This document shows, in pieces, positions 49,967-61,373 of a DNA stretch of 64,000 nucleotides. Origin of the DNA: Candidatus Latescibacterota bacterium (GTDB taxonomy: Bacteria > Latescibacterota > UBA2968 > GCA-2709665); contig OZ244744.1 in assembly GCA_965219455.1 (NCBI GenBank), positions 2,720,001 through 2,784,000 on the forward strand, read 5' to 3'. Position 1 is the first letter of the stretch. Each line of letters starts with the position of its first letter. Under the pieces are notes generated by a model. That model was given only the letters and a program-made list of their open reading frames with translations, searched no databases and had not been told where the DNA came from. Made by a program: the position numbers and the translations under genes.

Positions 49967-50223
49967 TCATTCGTCGCTCCCGCCCAGAAGGCCGGAAAGG
50001 ATCAACAGCCGAAACAGATGAAGCACCGCCACCAGCGCCGAGGCCACATAGGTCCACGCCGCCGCAGAATGTCGCGGGCAACCTGGTCCGCGGTCCATCC
50101 GCTTCGGGAACCGAATTCATCATATCTGGCGAATGTTCGCTTGACCTTAAACTGCGCCCACAGCGCCAGGATGAACCCGGGAATCACAAGAATCAGTGTC
50201 GGGTCCCAGAAAAGAGGAAACAT
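49967..50223 (-). pseudogene. YugP-like neutral zinc metallopeptidase with internal deletion and frameshift
   Basis: N-terminus ...LWAQFKVKRTF..Y...SGWTA.QVARDIL fused out of frame to C-terminus AAAWTYVASALVAVLHLFRLL...DE*; no HEXXH core. Confidence 0.75.
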
Positions 50224-50285
50224 AAACGCAACACGTCCTTCGCTTTTTACCGAAAAGACTTGCGAAAAGGATCCTGTGATGCCTA

Positions 50286-51215
50286 TCAGGAATCCCCAAG
50301 GACCTCGCCGGCTTCAATCCGGTACCCGCGCACCCATTCGGCGCCGCTCATCCGCCCCTTGCCCGCCGGTTGCACTTCTCCGAGCGCCACGGTTCTTTCA
50401 CCGGCGGCTACCACGCATCCCTTTCTCCCATCGGCCACGACCACCTCGCCGGGGCGCCCCGATCCGTCGGTGACCGCCGCGCGATGCACCTTCAGATATT
50501 CCCCTTTCCGGGTCGTAAACGCCCCTGGAAAGGGGTTGGTTCCGCGAACCAGATTGCAGATTGAAGCCGCGCAGCATGACCAGTCGATCCGCCCGTCCTC
50601 CTTCTCCAACCGGGGTGCCCTGGTGACCCCGGTTTCCGGCTGCGGCTTCGATGCCAATTCGTCTCTTTTCAGCCCTTCGACAACGTTCGCCAGCGCATCC
50701 GCCCCCAATATCCGCAAACGCTCCGAAAGCTCTCCGGCCGTCTCGTCAGGGCCGATACACACAGCCTGCCGGAACAGCAGATCCCCCGCGTCCACCCGCC
50801 TCGTGAGGCGGAATATGCTTAACCCCGTTTCAGTTTCTCCCCGGATGATCGCCCAGTTGATCGGGGCCGCCCCCCGATACTTCGGCAACAGAGACGGATG
50901 CAGGTTTACCGAGCCGAGCCGTGGAATCCTCAACAAGACCCGTGGCAATATTACAAACGCGACCACCACGAAAAGATCGGCGTCGAGGCGCCGAAGCCGC
51001 TCCAGAAAGTCCCGGGCTTCCAGAGAGTGCGGTTGCAAAACCGGAAGACCCAATCGATGGGCGGTTATCTTCACGGGAGGGGGCACCAGCTTTCGCCCGC
51101 GCCCCCTCGGCCGATCCGGTCGGGTCACGACCGCGGAGATCTCGTGGCCGCGAGCCGCCAGCCGCTCCAAAGACGGCACCGCGAAATCGGGCGTTCCCAT
51201 AAACACCAGCTTCAC
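50286..51215 (-). CDS. fmt: Methionyl-tRNA formyltransferase
   Basis: VFMGTPDFA, PDRPRGRG, NLHPSLLPKYRGAAPI. Confidence 0.95.
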   Translation of the reverse strand: MKLVFMGTPDFAVPSLERLAARGHEISAVVTRPDRPRGRGRKLVPPPVKITAHRLGLPVLQPHSLEARDFLERLRRLDADLFVVVAFVILPRVLLRIPRLGSVNLHPSLLPKYRGAAPINWAIIRGETETGLSIFRLTRRVDAGDLLFRQAVCIGPDETAGELSERLRILGADALANVVEGLKRDELASKPQPETGVTRAPRLEKEDGRIDWSCCAASICNLVRGTNPFPGAFTTRKGEYLKVHRAAVTDGSGRPGEVVVADGRKGCVVAAGERTVALGEVQPAGKGRMSGAEWVRGYRIEAGEVLGDS

Positions 51216-51282
51216 GACCGTCTCCAATCGGGGATCCGTTTCCGCCAATATCCCGCAAGCCCCATCCGGATCCAGTCCCTGA

Positions 51283-51609
51283 TCACTTTTCTTCCATAAC
51301 CCGGGAAACCGATCCCCTCGAAACCTCGAGGCGAACTTCCCTGGCAACCTGCACGACCAGAATACCAGCCTCTTCTTTCACGCCCACAATCGTCCCGTGA
51401 ACTCCCCCGGACGTCACGATTTTATCGCCCTTTTTCAGTGCATCGATCATCGCCTTCTGCGTCTTCTGCTTTTTGATCTGCGGGCGAAAGATCAACAGAT
51501 AAACGACGATGACCATTAATAACAACGGGAAAATCTGCACAAGAAATCCCGTCTGGGACCCATCGGACGACTGGCCGCCCATTGCGAATGCTTCGCTTAC
51601 ACCAAACAA
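51283..51609 (-). CDS. yajC: Preprotein translocase subunit YajC
   Basis: YLLIFRPQ.KK, LKKGDKIVTSGGVHG. Confidence 0.93.
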   Translation of the reverse strand: MFGVSEAFAMGGQSSDGSQTGFLVQIFPLLLMVIVVYLLIFRPQIKKQKTQKAMIDALKKGDKIVTSGGVHGTIVGVKEEAGILVVQVAREVRLEVSRGSVSRVMEEK

Positions 51610-51674
51610 AGGAACCCTCCTTTAAGGAATCAGAGACATAAATTGAACGGAGAATCACTACCGTTTCCGGACTA

Positions 51675-52871
<1,197 letters not shown>

Positions 52872-53152
52872 CTACGCTACGCGATTGCCACTGAGAAACG
52901 TATTTCAGCACCCGTTCTCTCTGGTTCGCCAGTGGACGCGTCTGTTTCGATTATCGTGCCGCGTGGCGTCCGAAGCTTCCTTTATGAGAAAACGCCTGGG
53001 CATGCGACAGGGTCATGCTCAACTGACAGAGGCGGTTCCCAGCCCAGGAGCAGCCCCAATATACCAAGCGTACAGCTGCAAGTCAACGGGTAATGAGTTT
53101 TTAACAGGGTCGGATCCATGCCGTGCCCATCGTATTAATCTTTGCCGATCTC

Positions 53153-54394
53153 TCACCTGACAGCTTCCCTGGCATCGATGAATACGATTCCGCGTTTTTC
53201 CAGTTCCGGCAGCGCGCTTTCGAGCGCCGCAAGCGTGGTGGGCTTTGCGCGTGCAATGCCGATCGCAGTTCCCGCAATGCCGGCCATTTCCGCCAGGGCC
53301 TCCACGGATCGTTCGACCGACTCCCGTGTGTCCTTCCGGTCCAGAAACATCGAGTTCCGGCTGGCCGGCATTCCCATTTCCTCTGCCACCTTATGGGCGA
53401 TCGAACGCGGATTGGTGAAGCTATCCACGAAAAAGAGACCATGGCGGTCCACTTCCTTCAACACCCTGCCGATGGCCGTCCGATCCGCCGTCAGCCGCGA
53501 CCCCATATGGTTGTTCAATCCCGTTGCCTGAGGCAGGGTCGCACGCGCCATCCGAATCAACGTCCTGATTTTTTCCGGGGGATGTTCCATCAACAGGGCG
53601 TTTGGACCCGGGTCAATGTGAGGATAGTTCAAGGGTTCCATAGACAAATACACCATTACTCCGTGCCCGGCCGCTGCCGCCTTTTCGGCAATCCAGGCGG
53701 TTTTTTCGAGACCCGGAAAGATCGAGAACGTAATCGTCTGTTTCAACGCGCAGAATCCCCGAATCAATGCTTCGTTCTGATGTCCGAAATCGACCACGAT
53801 AATGGCGATTCGGCCCGGTTTTCGATCGAGTTGGGCGTTTCGTTTCAGCGTGATGAGATTGGTGCGCACGCCATCCAGGCCCACGACCATGGATAGCCTG
53901 GAACCCTTACGGTCCTCCACGGCTTCAACGACGTCGCCGCCCAGGCGCCGGGCAAGCCGGGTGAGTTCCAGATTGCAGACCGCCAACGGCAACCCGCCAG
54001 GTACGTCGAAGGTCATCACCCAGCGGGCGGTACTATCGGTCTGCGCCGCCGACCGCTTCTTTGACACGACCCCTTCCGGGACTCCGAGCCGTTGCAAAAC
54101 CTCTGGCGCCTGTGATACCACGGAATCTGCAAACGCCAGCGGCCCCGCCGGAAGCGTCCGACATTGCGCCTGTTGATTTAGAGCGATTTCCTGTTCATAT
54201 GTCGAGGCTTCCCGCGTGCGCCACCGCATCCAACCGGCCAGGCCGACCACCAACACCAGCACCAGCACGAATGCCAGGGTCCAGAGGCGTAACGACATTC
54301 GGCGGCGCCTGCGGGCCATCTTCTTTCGACGGGAACGCCTGGTCGGTCTTGGTACGCCCACGGTGCCGGAGCGCCTGCCGGGTGTCTTTGCCAT
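53153..54394 (-). CDS. Divergent polysaccharide deacetylase family protein (YibQ-like)
   Basis: N-terminal TM, IAIIVVDFG, MEP..YP, GLNNHMGS, FFVDS.T, FLD; start uncertain. Confidence 0.85.
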   Translation of the reverse strand: MAKTPGRRSGTVGVPRPTRRSRRKKMARRRRRMSLRLWTLAFVLVLVLVVGLAGWMRWRTREASTYEQEIALNQQAQCRTLPAGPLAFADSVVSQAPEVLQRLGVPEGVVSKKRSAAQTDSTARWVMTFDVPGGLPLAVCNLELTRLARRLGGDVVEAVEDRKGSRLSMVVGLDGVRTNLITLKRNAQLDRKPGRIAIIVVDFGHQNEALIRGFCALKQTITFSIFPGLEKTAWIAEKAAAAGHGVMVYLSMEPLNYPHIDPGPNALLMEHPPEKIRTLIRMARATLPQATGLNNHMGSRLTADRTAIGRVLKEVDRHGLFFVDSFTNPRSIAHKVAEEMGMPASRNSMFLDRKDTRESVERSVEALAEMAGIAGTAIGIARAKPTTLAALESALPELEKRGIVFIDAREAVR

Positions 54395-54572
54395 AGGAAA
54401 GTAAAAAAAAGAGAAACGGGTCAGGCCGACCGGAAAACGAGGCGGCACAGAGAAACGACGCCCGGTTTACTTCCTGATTGACCGGCGCGGAAATATAAAC
54501 GGATTCAATGGAGGGGAGAACTGTAGAGTCTTTATTCCGAAGATGGGGAGATGGAGCCGGTCCTTGAAATAT

Positions 54573-55625
54573 TCAAGGCGTCGCAAAACTGATGGGCCGT
54601 GGCACAAAACAAAGCAGGAAGATGACCAGAGAAACATATCCCATCAGTTTTCGAGACGGATCGAGACCCATATTGGGGTCGCCCGGCGGGGAATGCCGGC
54701 GCCCCAGCACCAACGCGATGAGTATCCAGATCAGCCATCCCGGCCACCGGGTATCGAGCCAGGTCGAAAAACCATTTTGGACGTACAGCCAGTCATAGGG
54801 CGGCCCCAGCGCCCACAAGGCGCCAAGAATGACCAGCGCCACCTTCGAAACCAGCGCGTGAACGCGCGCTCCACCGAAGGCATACACAATATGCCCGCCG
54901 TCGAACTGACCCACCGGCATCAGATTCAGCGCGGTCACGAAGAGACCCAGCCAGCCGGCCACGAAGATCGGATGATCGTAAATCGCAAATCCTTCAGGAA
55001 GGTCCCCGATAATCTGATTCGTCAGCCAGCCGCCCAGAATGGAATTGCCGAGTGAAATCCCGCCCTCGGCAAACGTTGAGACGGGCACGATTTCCGAAAG
55101 AAGCAATCCGACGACCAGGGCGAGCAGGGCAACGACAAAGCCCGCAAGCGGTCCGGACGCCCCGATGTCCATCAGCGCGCGCCGATTCGGAATGCGGGAC
55201 TTGATCTTGATTACCGCACCCATGGTACCAATCATTGACGGAAAGGGAATGAAATAGGGCAGGGTTGCCTGCACCATCCAGCGGCGTGAAGTGAGATAAT
55301 GCCCCATCTCGTGGATACCCAGGATCAGAAGCAGTGTTCCGGAAAACGGAAGTCCCAGAATCAAGTATTTCGGATTCCAGAGCAGTGCCGTCGAAAGGAA
55401 GTCCGGCGGTAAGGATTCCGGTGAAACCGCCATACGCATGGAAACCGCCATCTGCACACCCGCCGCTGTCGTCGTGTACGCGGTCAGGGCGAACAACACC
55501 ACGTTGAGCCAGATGCGGTCTTTCGGGGGCTCCGTGTTTATCTGGCGATGTATCGACGTTCCCGAATCGTCCACGCGCCAACCCCCATCGTTCGCATCGC
55601 CTGCCAATTTGCAGCCTCCGTACAA
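54573..55625 (-). CDS. Site-2 protease (M50) family
   Basis: HEMGH, PYFIP, NLMPVGQFDGGHI; true start may be GTG 55574. Confidence 0.9.
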   Translation of the reverse strand: MYGGCKLAGDANDGGWRVDDSGTSIHRQINTEPPKDRIWLNVVLFALTAYTTTAAGVQMAVSMRMAVSPESLPPDFLSTALLWNPKYLILGLPFSGTLLLILGIHEMGHYLTSRRWMVQATLPYFIPFPSMIGTMGAVIKIKSRIPNRRALMDIGASGPLAGFVVALLALVVGLLLSEIVPVSTFAEGGISLGNSILGGWLTNQIIGDLPEGFAIYDHPIFVAGWLGLFVTALNLMPVGQFDGGHIVYAFGGARVHALVSKVALVILGALWALGPPYDWLYVQNGFSTWLDTRWPGWLIWILIALVLGRRHSPPGDPNMGLDPSRKLMGYVSLVIFLLCFVPRPISFATP

Positions 55626-55696
55626 TCACGCTGAATTCACTGCGTTGTTCCGTTACGTAGCGCGCTCACCTGCAGCGCGAGTGGATTCCACGCCGG

Positions 55697-56593
55697 TCAC
55701 CTGAATCCGAATTCGAGCCGATGGGAACCGGCCAGTCCCAATGCGGCAGGGACATAGGCATATTCGATCCGCCAGCCGCCGGGCTGGATTCCGAGCCCGA
55801 AGGACCAGTCGCGGATGTCGATCCCCGAACGGTAACCGGCCCGAAGGCACAGGGCTCCTTTCAACCTGAATTCCAGGCCCGAATGCACTCCCATGGAGCC
55901 GTGCCGGGGCGCGCTCAGATCGAAAGAACCCGTCAATCGCCTGGTCTGCCAGGCAATTCCGGCTTGAAACGTCTCCGGTAAGGGCGTTCTCTCAACATCC
56001 AGCACCTCCATCCGTCCCAGGTTCCGATAGCTGGCACCCACGGTCAGGCGCTCATCATCAAAGCGGTAGAGCACCCCGAAATCCACGCTGAATCCCGAAG
56101 CCCGTTCAGGGCCGATGGCTTCGTGCAGACCCCGCACGGTTGTTCCCCCGAAAAATCCCCCTTTGATCCGCTTCGCATAGGATAACCCGGCGTTGATCTC
56201 GTAGATGCCGAATGTACCGGATGGTTGCGCGGATGGCCCCGTCCGCGCCTCGATTCCACCCACCGAATAGATCCCCAGGCTGAGGGCCACGCCGGCACGC
56301 GTATTTCCATAGGCCCACCCACCGTACGTCTGTTGGATCTCCTGGAATGAACTGTGATGTGTGACCAGAAAGTCCTTACCCTGAAGCGCACCGATGGCCG
56401 CCGGATTCCAGGCCGCCGCCGTCTGATCGCCAACAACCGCCGTATACGCGCCGCCCATTGCCTCCGCGCGAGCGCCTACCCCCTCCCGAAGCAGCACAAA
56501 TCCCGCACCCTTTCCGGATGCCTCCGCCCGGCCTGTCGATCCGAAAACCATTACGAGACCGCAGACCCACAATATCCGCCTGAAAAACCTCAC
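55697..56593 (-). CDS. PorV/PorQ-family outer-membrane beta-barrel (UPF0164-like)
   Basis: Signal peptide, GARAEAMGGAYTA, WNPAA, LRAGY, EYAY, terminal aromatic strand. Confidence 0.8.
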   Translation of the reverse strand: MRFFRRILWVCGLVMVFGSTGRAEASGKGAGFVLLREGVGARAEAMGGAYTAVVGDQTAAAWNPAAIGALQGKDFLVTHHSSFQEIQQTYGGWAYGNTRAGVALSLGIYSVGGIEARTGPSAQPSGTFGIYEINAGLSYAKRIKGGFFGGTTVRGLHEAIGPERASGFSVDFGVLYRFDDERLTVGASYRNLGRMEVLDVERTPLPETFQAGIAWQTRRLTGSFDLSAPRHGSMGVHSGLEFRLKGALCLRAGYRSGIDIRDWSFGLGIQPGGWRIEYAYVPAALGLAGSHRLEFGFR

Positions 56594-56699
56594 GACATTC
56601 TCCTTGACCCTGGTGTCCCGTCGGTTGTCAATTCTCTCAAACTTTAAACAAAGCCGGTGAAAGAGTCAATATCCAAAGGAGGGAAATTGTGCAAAACGT

Positions 56700-57716
56700 C
56701 TATTGCAAGCCCACATCGTGCCGATTTTCATCGGCGGCTTTCTGAATGCCGAGTACCGTTCTTGCGGCGCGAATCACCGATTCGGTGCACCGTTCGCCCT
56801 CTTCGGCCTCCCCCCGGATATCCTTCAGGAATGCCTGTAGATATCCTCCGGACCGATCTTCCGGTATCGAGCGCGTTTCCACCCGCTCCGAATCCTTCCA
56901 GGCAACCTGAATCGTATTCAGCGTGGTACCGGCCTCGAGCACACCCTCCCGCCCCCAGAACGTGTACCGCCAGTAGAACGGCAGTGAATACCCGCCTCTA
57001 TCAGGCATGAAATACGACACGTCTCCCAGCACACCGCATCCGTTGTCCATTGTCAACATCATCTGCGCTCCGTCTCGAAAATCCGGAAACTCCGGCGCAA
57101 AGGCATTCCAGCACCTGGCGGCGTTGACCGTTTCAAATTCCAGACCGGTTATCCACGGAAGACAGTCAATTGCGTGTATGGCGAGGTCGTTTATGGTCCC
57201 GCCGTGCTTGCCATCCTCGAAGTACCAACCCGGCCGCGACCCCAGCATCAGCGGATGCTGACCGCCAAATGAAATCGCGTGGACCTCCCCGATCGTTCCC
57301 TCCTGAATCATGTTCCGCGCCCCGATCGTCTGTCCGTGATCCCGCATCGACAGCATGCACCCGACCCTCAAATCCCGCTCGCGGGCGATTCTTTCGATTT
57401 CGTCCAACTCGTCCAACCTCGTGCAGAGCGGTTTATCCACGATGACATGCTTGCCCTCGTTCAATGCGTGAATGGCCGCGCCGCCCCGCCGGGCGAAATA
57501 GTCCCCGATCGCCACCACGTCGCAATCCACTTCGTCCAGCATCCGCGCGGGGTCCGAGTGCGTGACCTTTACACCCGCCCCCTCTGCCGCCGCACGCGCC
57601 GCGTCATCCGCTTCGCAGGCAGCCACCACCTCCATGTCCTCCCGCGCGATTGCCCGTTTGTGCAGATCGTGAATATGCGCATGTCGAAATCCTACAAAAG
57701 CAAACCGAACCGACAT
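56700..57716 (-). CDS. Gfo/Idh/MocA family oxidoreductase
   Basis: N-terminal Rossmann strand, GKHVIVDKP, GGTINDLAIHAID. Confidence 0.9.
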   Translation of the reverse strand: MSVRFAFVGFRHAHIHDLHKRAIAREDMEVVAACEADDAARAAAEGAGVKVTHSDPARMLDEVDCDVVAIGDYFARRGGAAIHALNEGKHVIVDKPLCTRLDELDEIERIARERDLRVGCMLSMRDHGQTIGARNMIQEGTIGEVHAISFGGQHPLMLGSRPGWYFEDGKHGGTINDLAIHAIDCLPWITGLEFETVNAARCWNAFAPEFPDFRDGAQMMLTMDNGCGVLGDVSYFMPDRGGYSLPFYWRYTFWGREGVLEAGTTLNTIQVAWKDSERVETRSIPEDRSGGYLQAFLKDIRGEAEEGERCTESVIRAARTVLGIQKAADENRHDVGLQ

Positions 57717-57922
57717 ATCGCCTCCCAGTATTGGCAGTGAAGATTCCCGTAGCTTATGTTTTTCGCTTTGGTGCGACCGGTTCTTGCCTTACTATTTGTA
57801 AGATACACCGTACGGATCGATCCACGACACATAAATTGATCGTTAAAGGCCGCCGAGCAAGTTATCCCCGGAAGAGGGACCGACACCAGTTCAGACCCGA
57901 ATCTTAAGATCGAGGTGCCGCT

Positions 57923-58762
57923 ATGCCGAATCAACTCACCCAACAGCAACTGGCCTTTTTCGAAACGTTCGGCTACCTGCGCCTGCCAGGGCTGATGTCC
58001 GATGTTATCGAAGACATCATCAGCGTATTCGAGCAGGTCTGGACGAACCACGGCGGCGGACACCATGGAACGCCGCACGACGAAGAACGGCGGTCCTGCA
58101 TCGTGCCGTTTCTCGACCAGCACGAGCGCCTCTGTGCCCTGCTGGACGATCCCCGCATCAACGGTCTGCTCGCCGATCTACTCGGTTCCGATTACAACTA
58201 CGTCGGTTCCGACGGCAACTACTACGCCGGCGATACCGTCTGGCATTCCGACGGTTGGGGCAAAACCGTTCGTTTTGTCAAAATCGCCTTCTACCTCGAT
58301 CCCATTACCCGGAACACCGGCTGCCTGCGCGTCATCCCCGGAAGCCATATCCTGGAAGATCGCTTTGCCCGGGCCGTCCAGGAACAGGTCCGGGAGTCCG
58401 TAAGCAACTGGGGCGTCGAAGGCAATGACCTCCTTCCGGGGGTCGCGTTGGAGACCCGACCCGGAGATATCGCCGTCTTCAACCACAACCTCAAACACGC
58501 CGCCTTCGGCGGCAGCCCCAGGAGACGCATGTTCACCATCAACTGTTCTCAGCGTTTTCCGGAGCACAGAATCGAAGATTTCAAGAATTATATATCTGGC
58601 CATGCCCGCTTCTGGATTGACCGTCTTTACGGCGAGACCATGGTTGCAACCGCCGGCCCCGAACGCAGAATCCACCTCGAACAGGGCATGGCTCACGACG
58701 GCCACCTGGCCGAACTGGCCGCCAGGGCCCGGAAGGAAATGCACGAGCCCTCTCGCGGCTGA
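57923..58762 (+). CDS. Phytanoyl-CoA dioxygenase (PhyH) family protein
   Basis: FFETFGYL, WHSD, LRVIPGSH, PGD..VFNH...H. Confidence 0.9.
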   Translation: MPNQLTQQQLAFFETFGYLRLPGLMSDVIEDIISVFEQVWTNHGGGHHGTPHDEERRSCIVPFLDQHERLCALLDDPRINGLLADLLGSDYNYVGSDGNYYAGDTVWHSDGWGKTVRFVKIAFYLDPITRNTGCLRVIPGSHILEDRFARAVQEQVRESVSNWGVEGNDLLPGVALETRPGDIAVFNHNLKHAAFGGSPRRRMFTINCSQRFPEHRIEDFKNYISGHARFWIDRLYGETMVATAGPERRIHLEQGMAHDGHLAELAARARKEMHEPSRG

Positions 58763-58805
58763 ATGGCGCGGGCGATGGTAAAGAAACGGCCGCATTTCCG
58801 TTTCT

Positions 58806-60068
58806 TTATTCGATATATCCCAGGCTTCTCAATCTTTCGGCCAAAAGATTCGCCTCGGCCTGGGTGGTTTCCTGCGCGTGAAGGTGTTTGTACTTCGACC
58901 CGTTCAGGATCTCGTTCCGAGAAGCCCTGTACGGTCCGGGATCATTGCACGGCGCGTCCGCACCGCTGAACACATCCCGCAGCACATAGTCCCCGCCGCC
59001 CGCCCGTTCTCTGTAAAACACCCGTCCGTCCGTAATAGACCACATGTGTAAACCACCGACGTCCCGCTTCAGTTCCACGCCATCCATGGCCACACGGGAC
59101 GTCACCCGTTCGTGGGCCGCCTCCAGGTTTCCCGCATTCAGAAATCCGGAGCCGTAGGAATTGTCGAGTTCCGAATACACCCAGCGGCGCCGAAGAGAAC
59201 CCTCGTTGGCAAGCAAGTCACGACCATATCCTTTATACTCTTCCGTGATTCCGGCCAGGTTCAGGATTGTCGGAAAAAGATCGATCGTGGAGAGGGGCTC
59301 CTCAGGCAATTTCAGTCTATCGTGTTCGGGAACGGAGACCAGCAGCGGAACGTGGATCACATTTTCGTGCAGGAAATCTCCGTGCGCCATCACCTCGTCG
59401 CAGAACCCCTCTCCATGATCGCCTAAAACAAACACCGCCCATTCGTCCAGTTTCACGCGCTTCAAAATCTCCACGAGTAAGAATTCCTGCACGTGCGTCA
59501 CGGCCGCATAATAAAACCGCAGCGCCTCCTCCACCCTTCCGGCGTCCACCAGCGCTTTCAAATTCGGCGTTCCGGGGATCCCCCTCGCCCCGTACCCGCC
59601 ATGTGTATACCAGAAATGCAAAAAACAAAACCGGGGCCGATCCTCTCCTTCGAACGCCGAATGCAACAGATCTTCGATTGAACCGAGGTGCTGTTCCTTC
59701 GCACGGGGATCCATGGGTCCGATAAACCGTTCATAGTCCAGAAACCGAAACACGTCCATCCGCTCCGACCGGCCATGGATTTCAAACCCCGCATCCGAGA
59801 ACAGCTGAAACAGATTCGGAATCCCGGCGAACATCTTCAGATAAGTCTGCCCGCATAATCCGTGCTCAAACGGGTACAACCCTGTAAACATGGACGTGTG
59901 AGACGGGCGCGTAGCGGGGGCCGTCACAAAAAACCGCTCTCCGAACGCGAAATCCCTGGTCAACAGGTCGAATTTGGGCGTGTTCAGCCGGTTATTGACC
60001 CGGCTTATCGCATCGTACCGAAGGCAGTCGACGGATATCAGCAGAAACTTATCGACATGACGTCCCAT
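58806..60068 (-). CDS. Sulfatase-like hydrolase/transferase (Thr at nucleophile position)
   Basis: LISVDCLRYD, TRPSHTSMFTGLYP, GDHGE, HVPL, LRSLGYIE. Confidence 0.85.
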   Translation of the reverse strand: MGRHVDKFLLISVDCLRYDAISRVNNRLNTPKFDLLTRDFAFGERFFVTAPATRPSHTSMFTGLYPFEHGLCGQTYLKMFAGIPNLFQLFSDAGFEIHGRSERMDVFRFLDYERFIGPMDPRAKEQHLGSIEDLLHSAFEGEDRPRFCFLHFWYTHGGYGARGIPGTPNLKALVDAGRVEEALRFYYAAVTHVQEFLLVEILKRVKLDEWAVFVLGDHGEGFCDEVMAHGDFLHENVIHVPLLVSVPEHDRLKLPEEPLSTIDLFPTILNLAGITEEYKGYGRDLLANEGSLRRRWVYSELDNSYGSGFLNAGNLEAAHERVTSRVAMDGVELKRDVGGLHMWSITDGRVFYRERAGGGDYVLRDVFSGADAPCNDPGPYRASRNEILNGSKYKHLHAQETTQAEANLLAERLRSLGYIE

Positions 60069-60275
60069 GGACGACTCTTTCTCGCGCAAAGAAAAACAAT
60101 TGAAACGGATCCAGGAGGCGGAATCCTTTACAGGCCTCCTCTTCTCCGGAGCCAGGATCCTAATTAAGTCCGGATTACAACATTTGGCAAGTACATCCAT
60201 CCCGTTCTATTCATACGTTGACAACCGCCGAATCCCGTTTATCATGAGCGAGGCCCTTCTAATACGAGAATCAAC

Positions 60276-61355
60276 ATGCATCAGACAGAACGCGGCTTTG
60301 ACCTGCGCGGCACCCTTGAATGCGGGTGGAACCTCTTTTGTCGCAAGGGATATTCGAATCATCCACGGGACATATCCGTCAATCGCGCTTATATGGACCA
60401 CCTTGCCGAGTCCGGCCTCAATCGCCTCGTGGTGTTCTGGGCCAACGCCAGGGGTTTTTCCGACGCCTGGTGTGAAGCGGTCGAATATGCCCATGCCGTC
60501 GGTCTCAAACTCATACGTGCCATTTACGGATTCAGCGGAGGTGGTTCCGAGTACACCATGGCGGAACCGGACGCGCCGGTGCACCTGCTCAGGCGAGGCG
60601 CCAGGGGTCCGAATACCGCCCTCTGTCCCCACGACGCCGAATCTCGCGCCTGGATGGGCGACATACTGGGGGAGCGCCTTGCGCCGGGCGTGGACGGCAT
60701 CGACATCGAACCCGCCAGGGAAATCGGGCGCAACTGTATTTGCGAACGCTGTCGTGCCCTCCGCCCCCTTCAATGGGACGCGCTTGTGATCGGCTTTCTC
60801 GCGGAACGTATCCACGCCCTCAAGCCGGACGCCGAAATTCTCCTGCACCTGAGTATGGCGCCCGATAAAACCGGAAAACAGCAGATGTCTCGGGACCTCC
60901 GGTGTCTGCCCGAATCCATCCGCCACATCTTTGCGTGGGGCGCGGACGACGAAGCAAGCCTCGTTGACTGGCTGGACGCAGATTCCAGATTCGAACACTT
61001 TGCCAAACTGGGTCGTGTCCTCCTGTTCCCGGACGGCACGCCCGCCGGCCTTCCCGTCGAGGAACGCGTCGCACGTACTTTTCGATGGTGCAGGCTGGCC
61101 GCGGACCGGGGCAAGACCGGATACCTCTTTGACTACCGCATCTTCGGTGGAAGGGAATGGCAGGGGCACGAAACCGATGTTCCCCATACCCGGCGGGGGA
61201 GTACACGACCCGCCTCCATAGCCCTTATGGGTGCGGCAATGAACAATCCCTATCTGGATGAGGACGGACGGCTTGAACTCATCGCCCGCCTGAAGTCCGA
61301 ATGCGACTGGGATCTGGAAGATCCCGCGCGCTTCTACAAATCACCCGCAGCATAA
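60276..61355 (+). CDS. Hypothetical protein, possibly glycoside-hydrolase-like TIM barrel
   Basis: 359-aa ORF with YMDHLA..GLN, A.EYAH..GLK, LCPHD, DGIDIE, CICERC. Confidence 0.6.
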   Translation: MHQTERGFDLRGTLECGWNLFCRKGYSNHPRDISVNRAYMDHLAESGLNRLVVFWANARGFSDAWCEAVEYAHAVGLKLIRAIYGFSGGGSEYTMAEPDAPVHLLRRGARGPNTALCPHDAESRAWMGDILGERLAPGVDGIDIEPAREIGRNCICERCRALRPLQWDALVIGFLAERIHALKPDAEILLHLSMAPDKTGKQQMSRDLRCLPESIRHIFAWGADDEASLVDWLDADSRFEHFAKLGRVLLFPDGTPAGLPVEERVARTFRWCRLAADRGKTGYLFDYRIFGGREWQGHETDVPHTRRGSTRPASIALMGAAMNNPYLDEDGRLELIARLKSECDWDLEDPARFYKSPAA

Positions 61356-61373
61356 ACTCTCCCATTCATTTCA

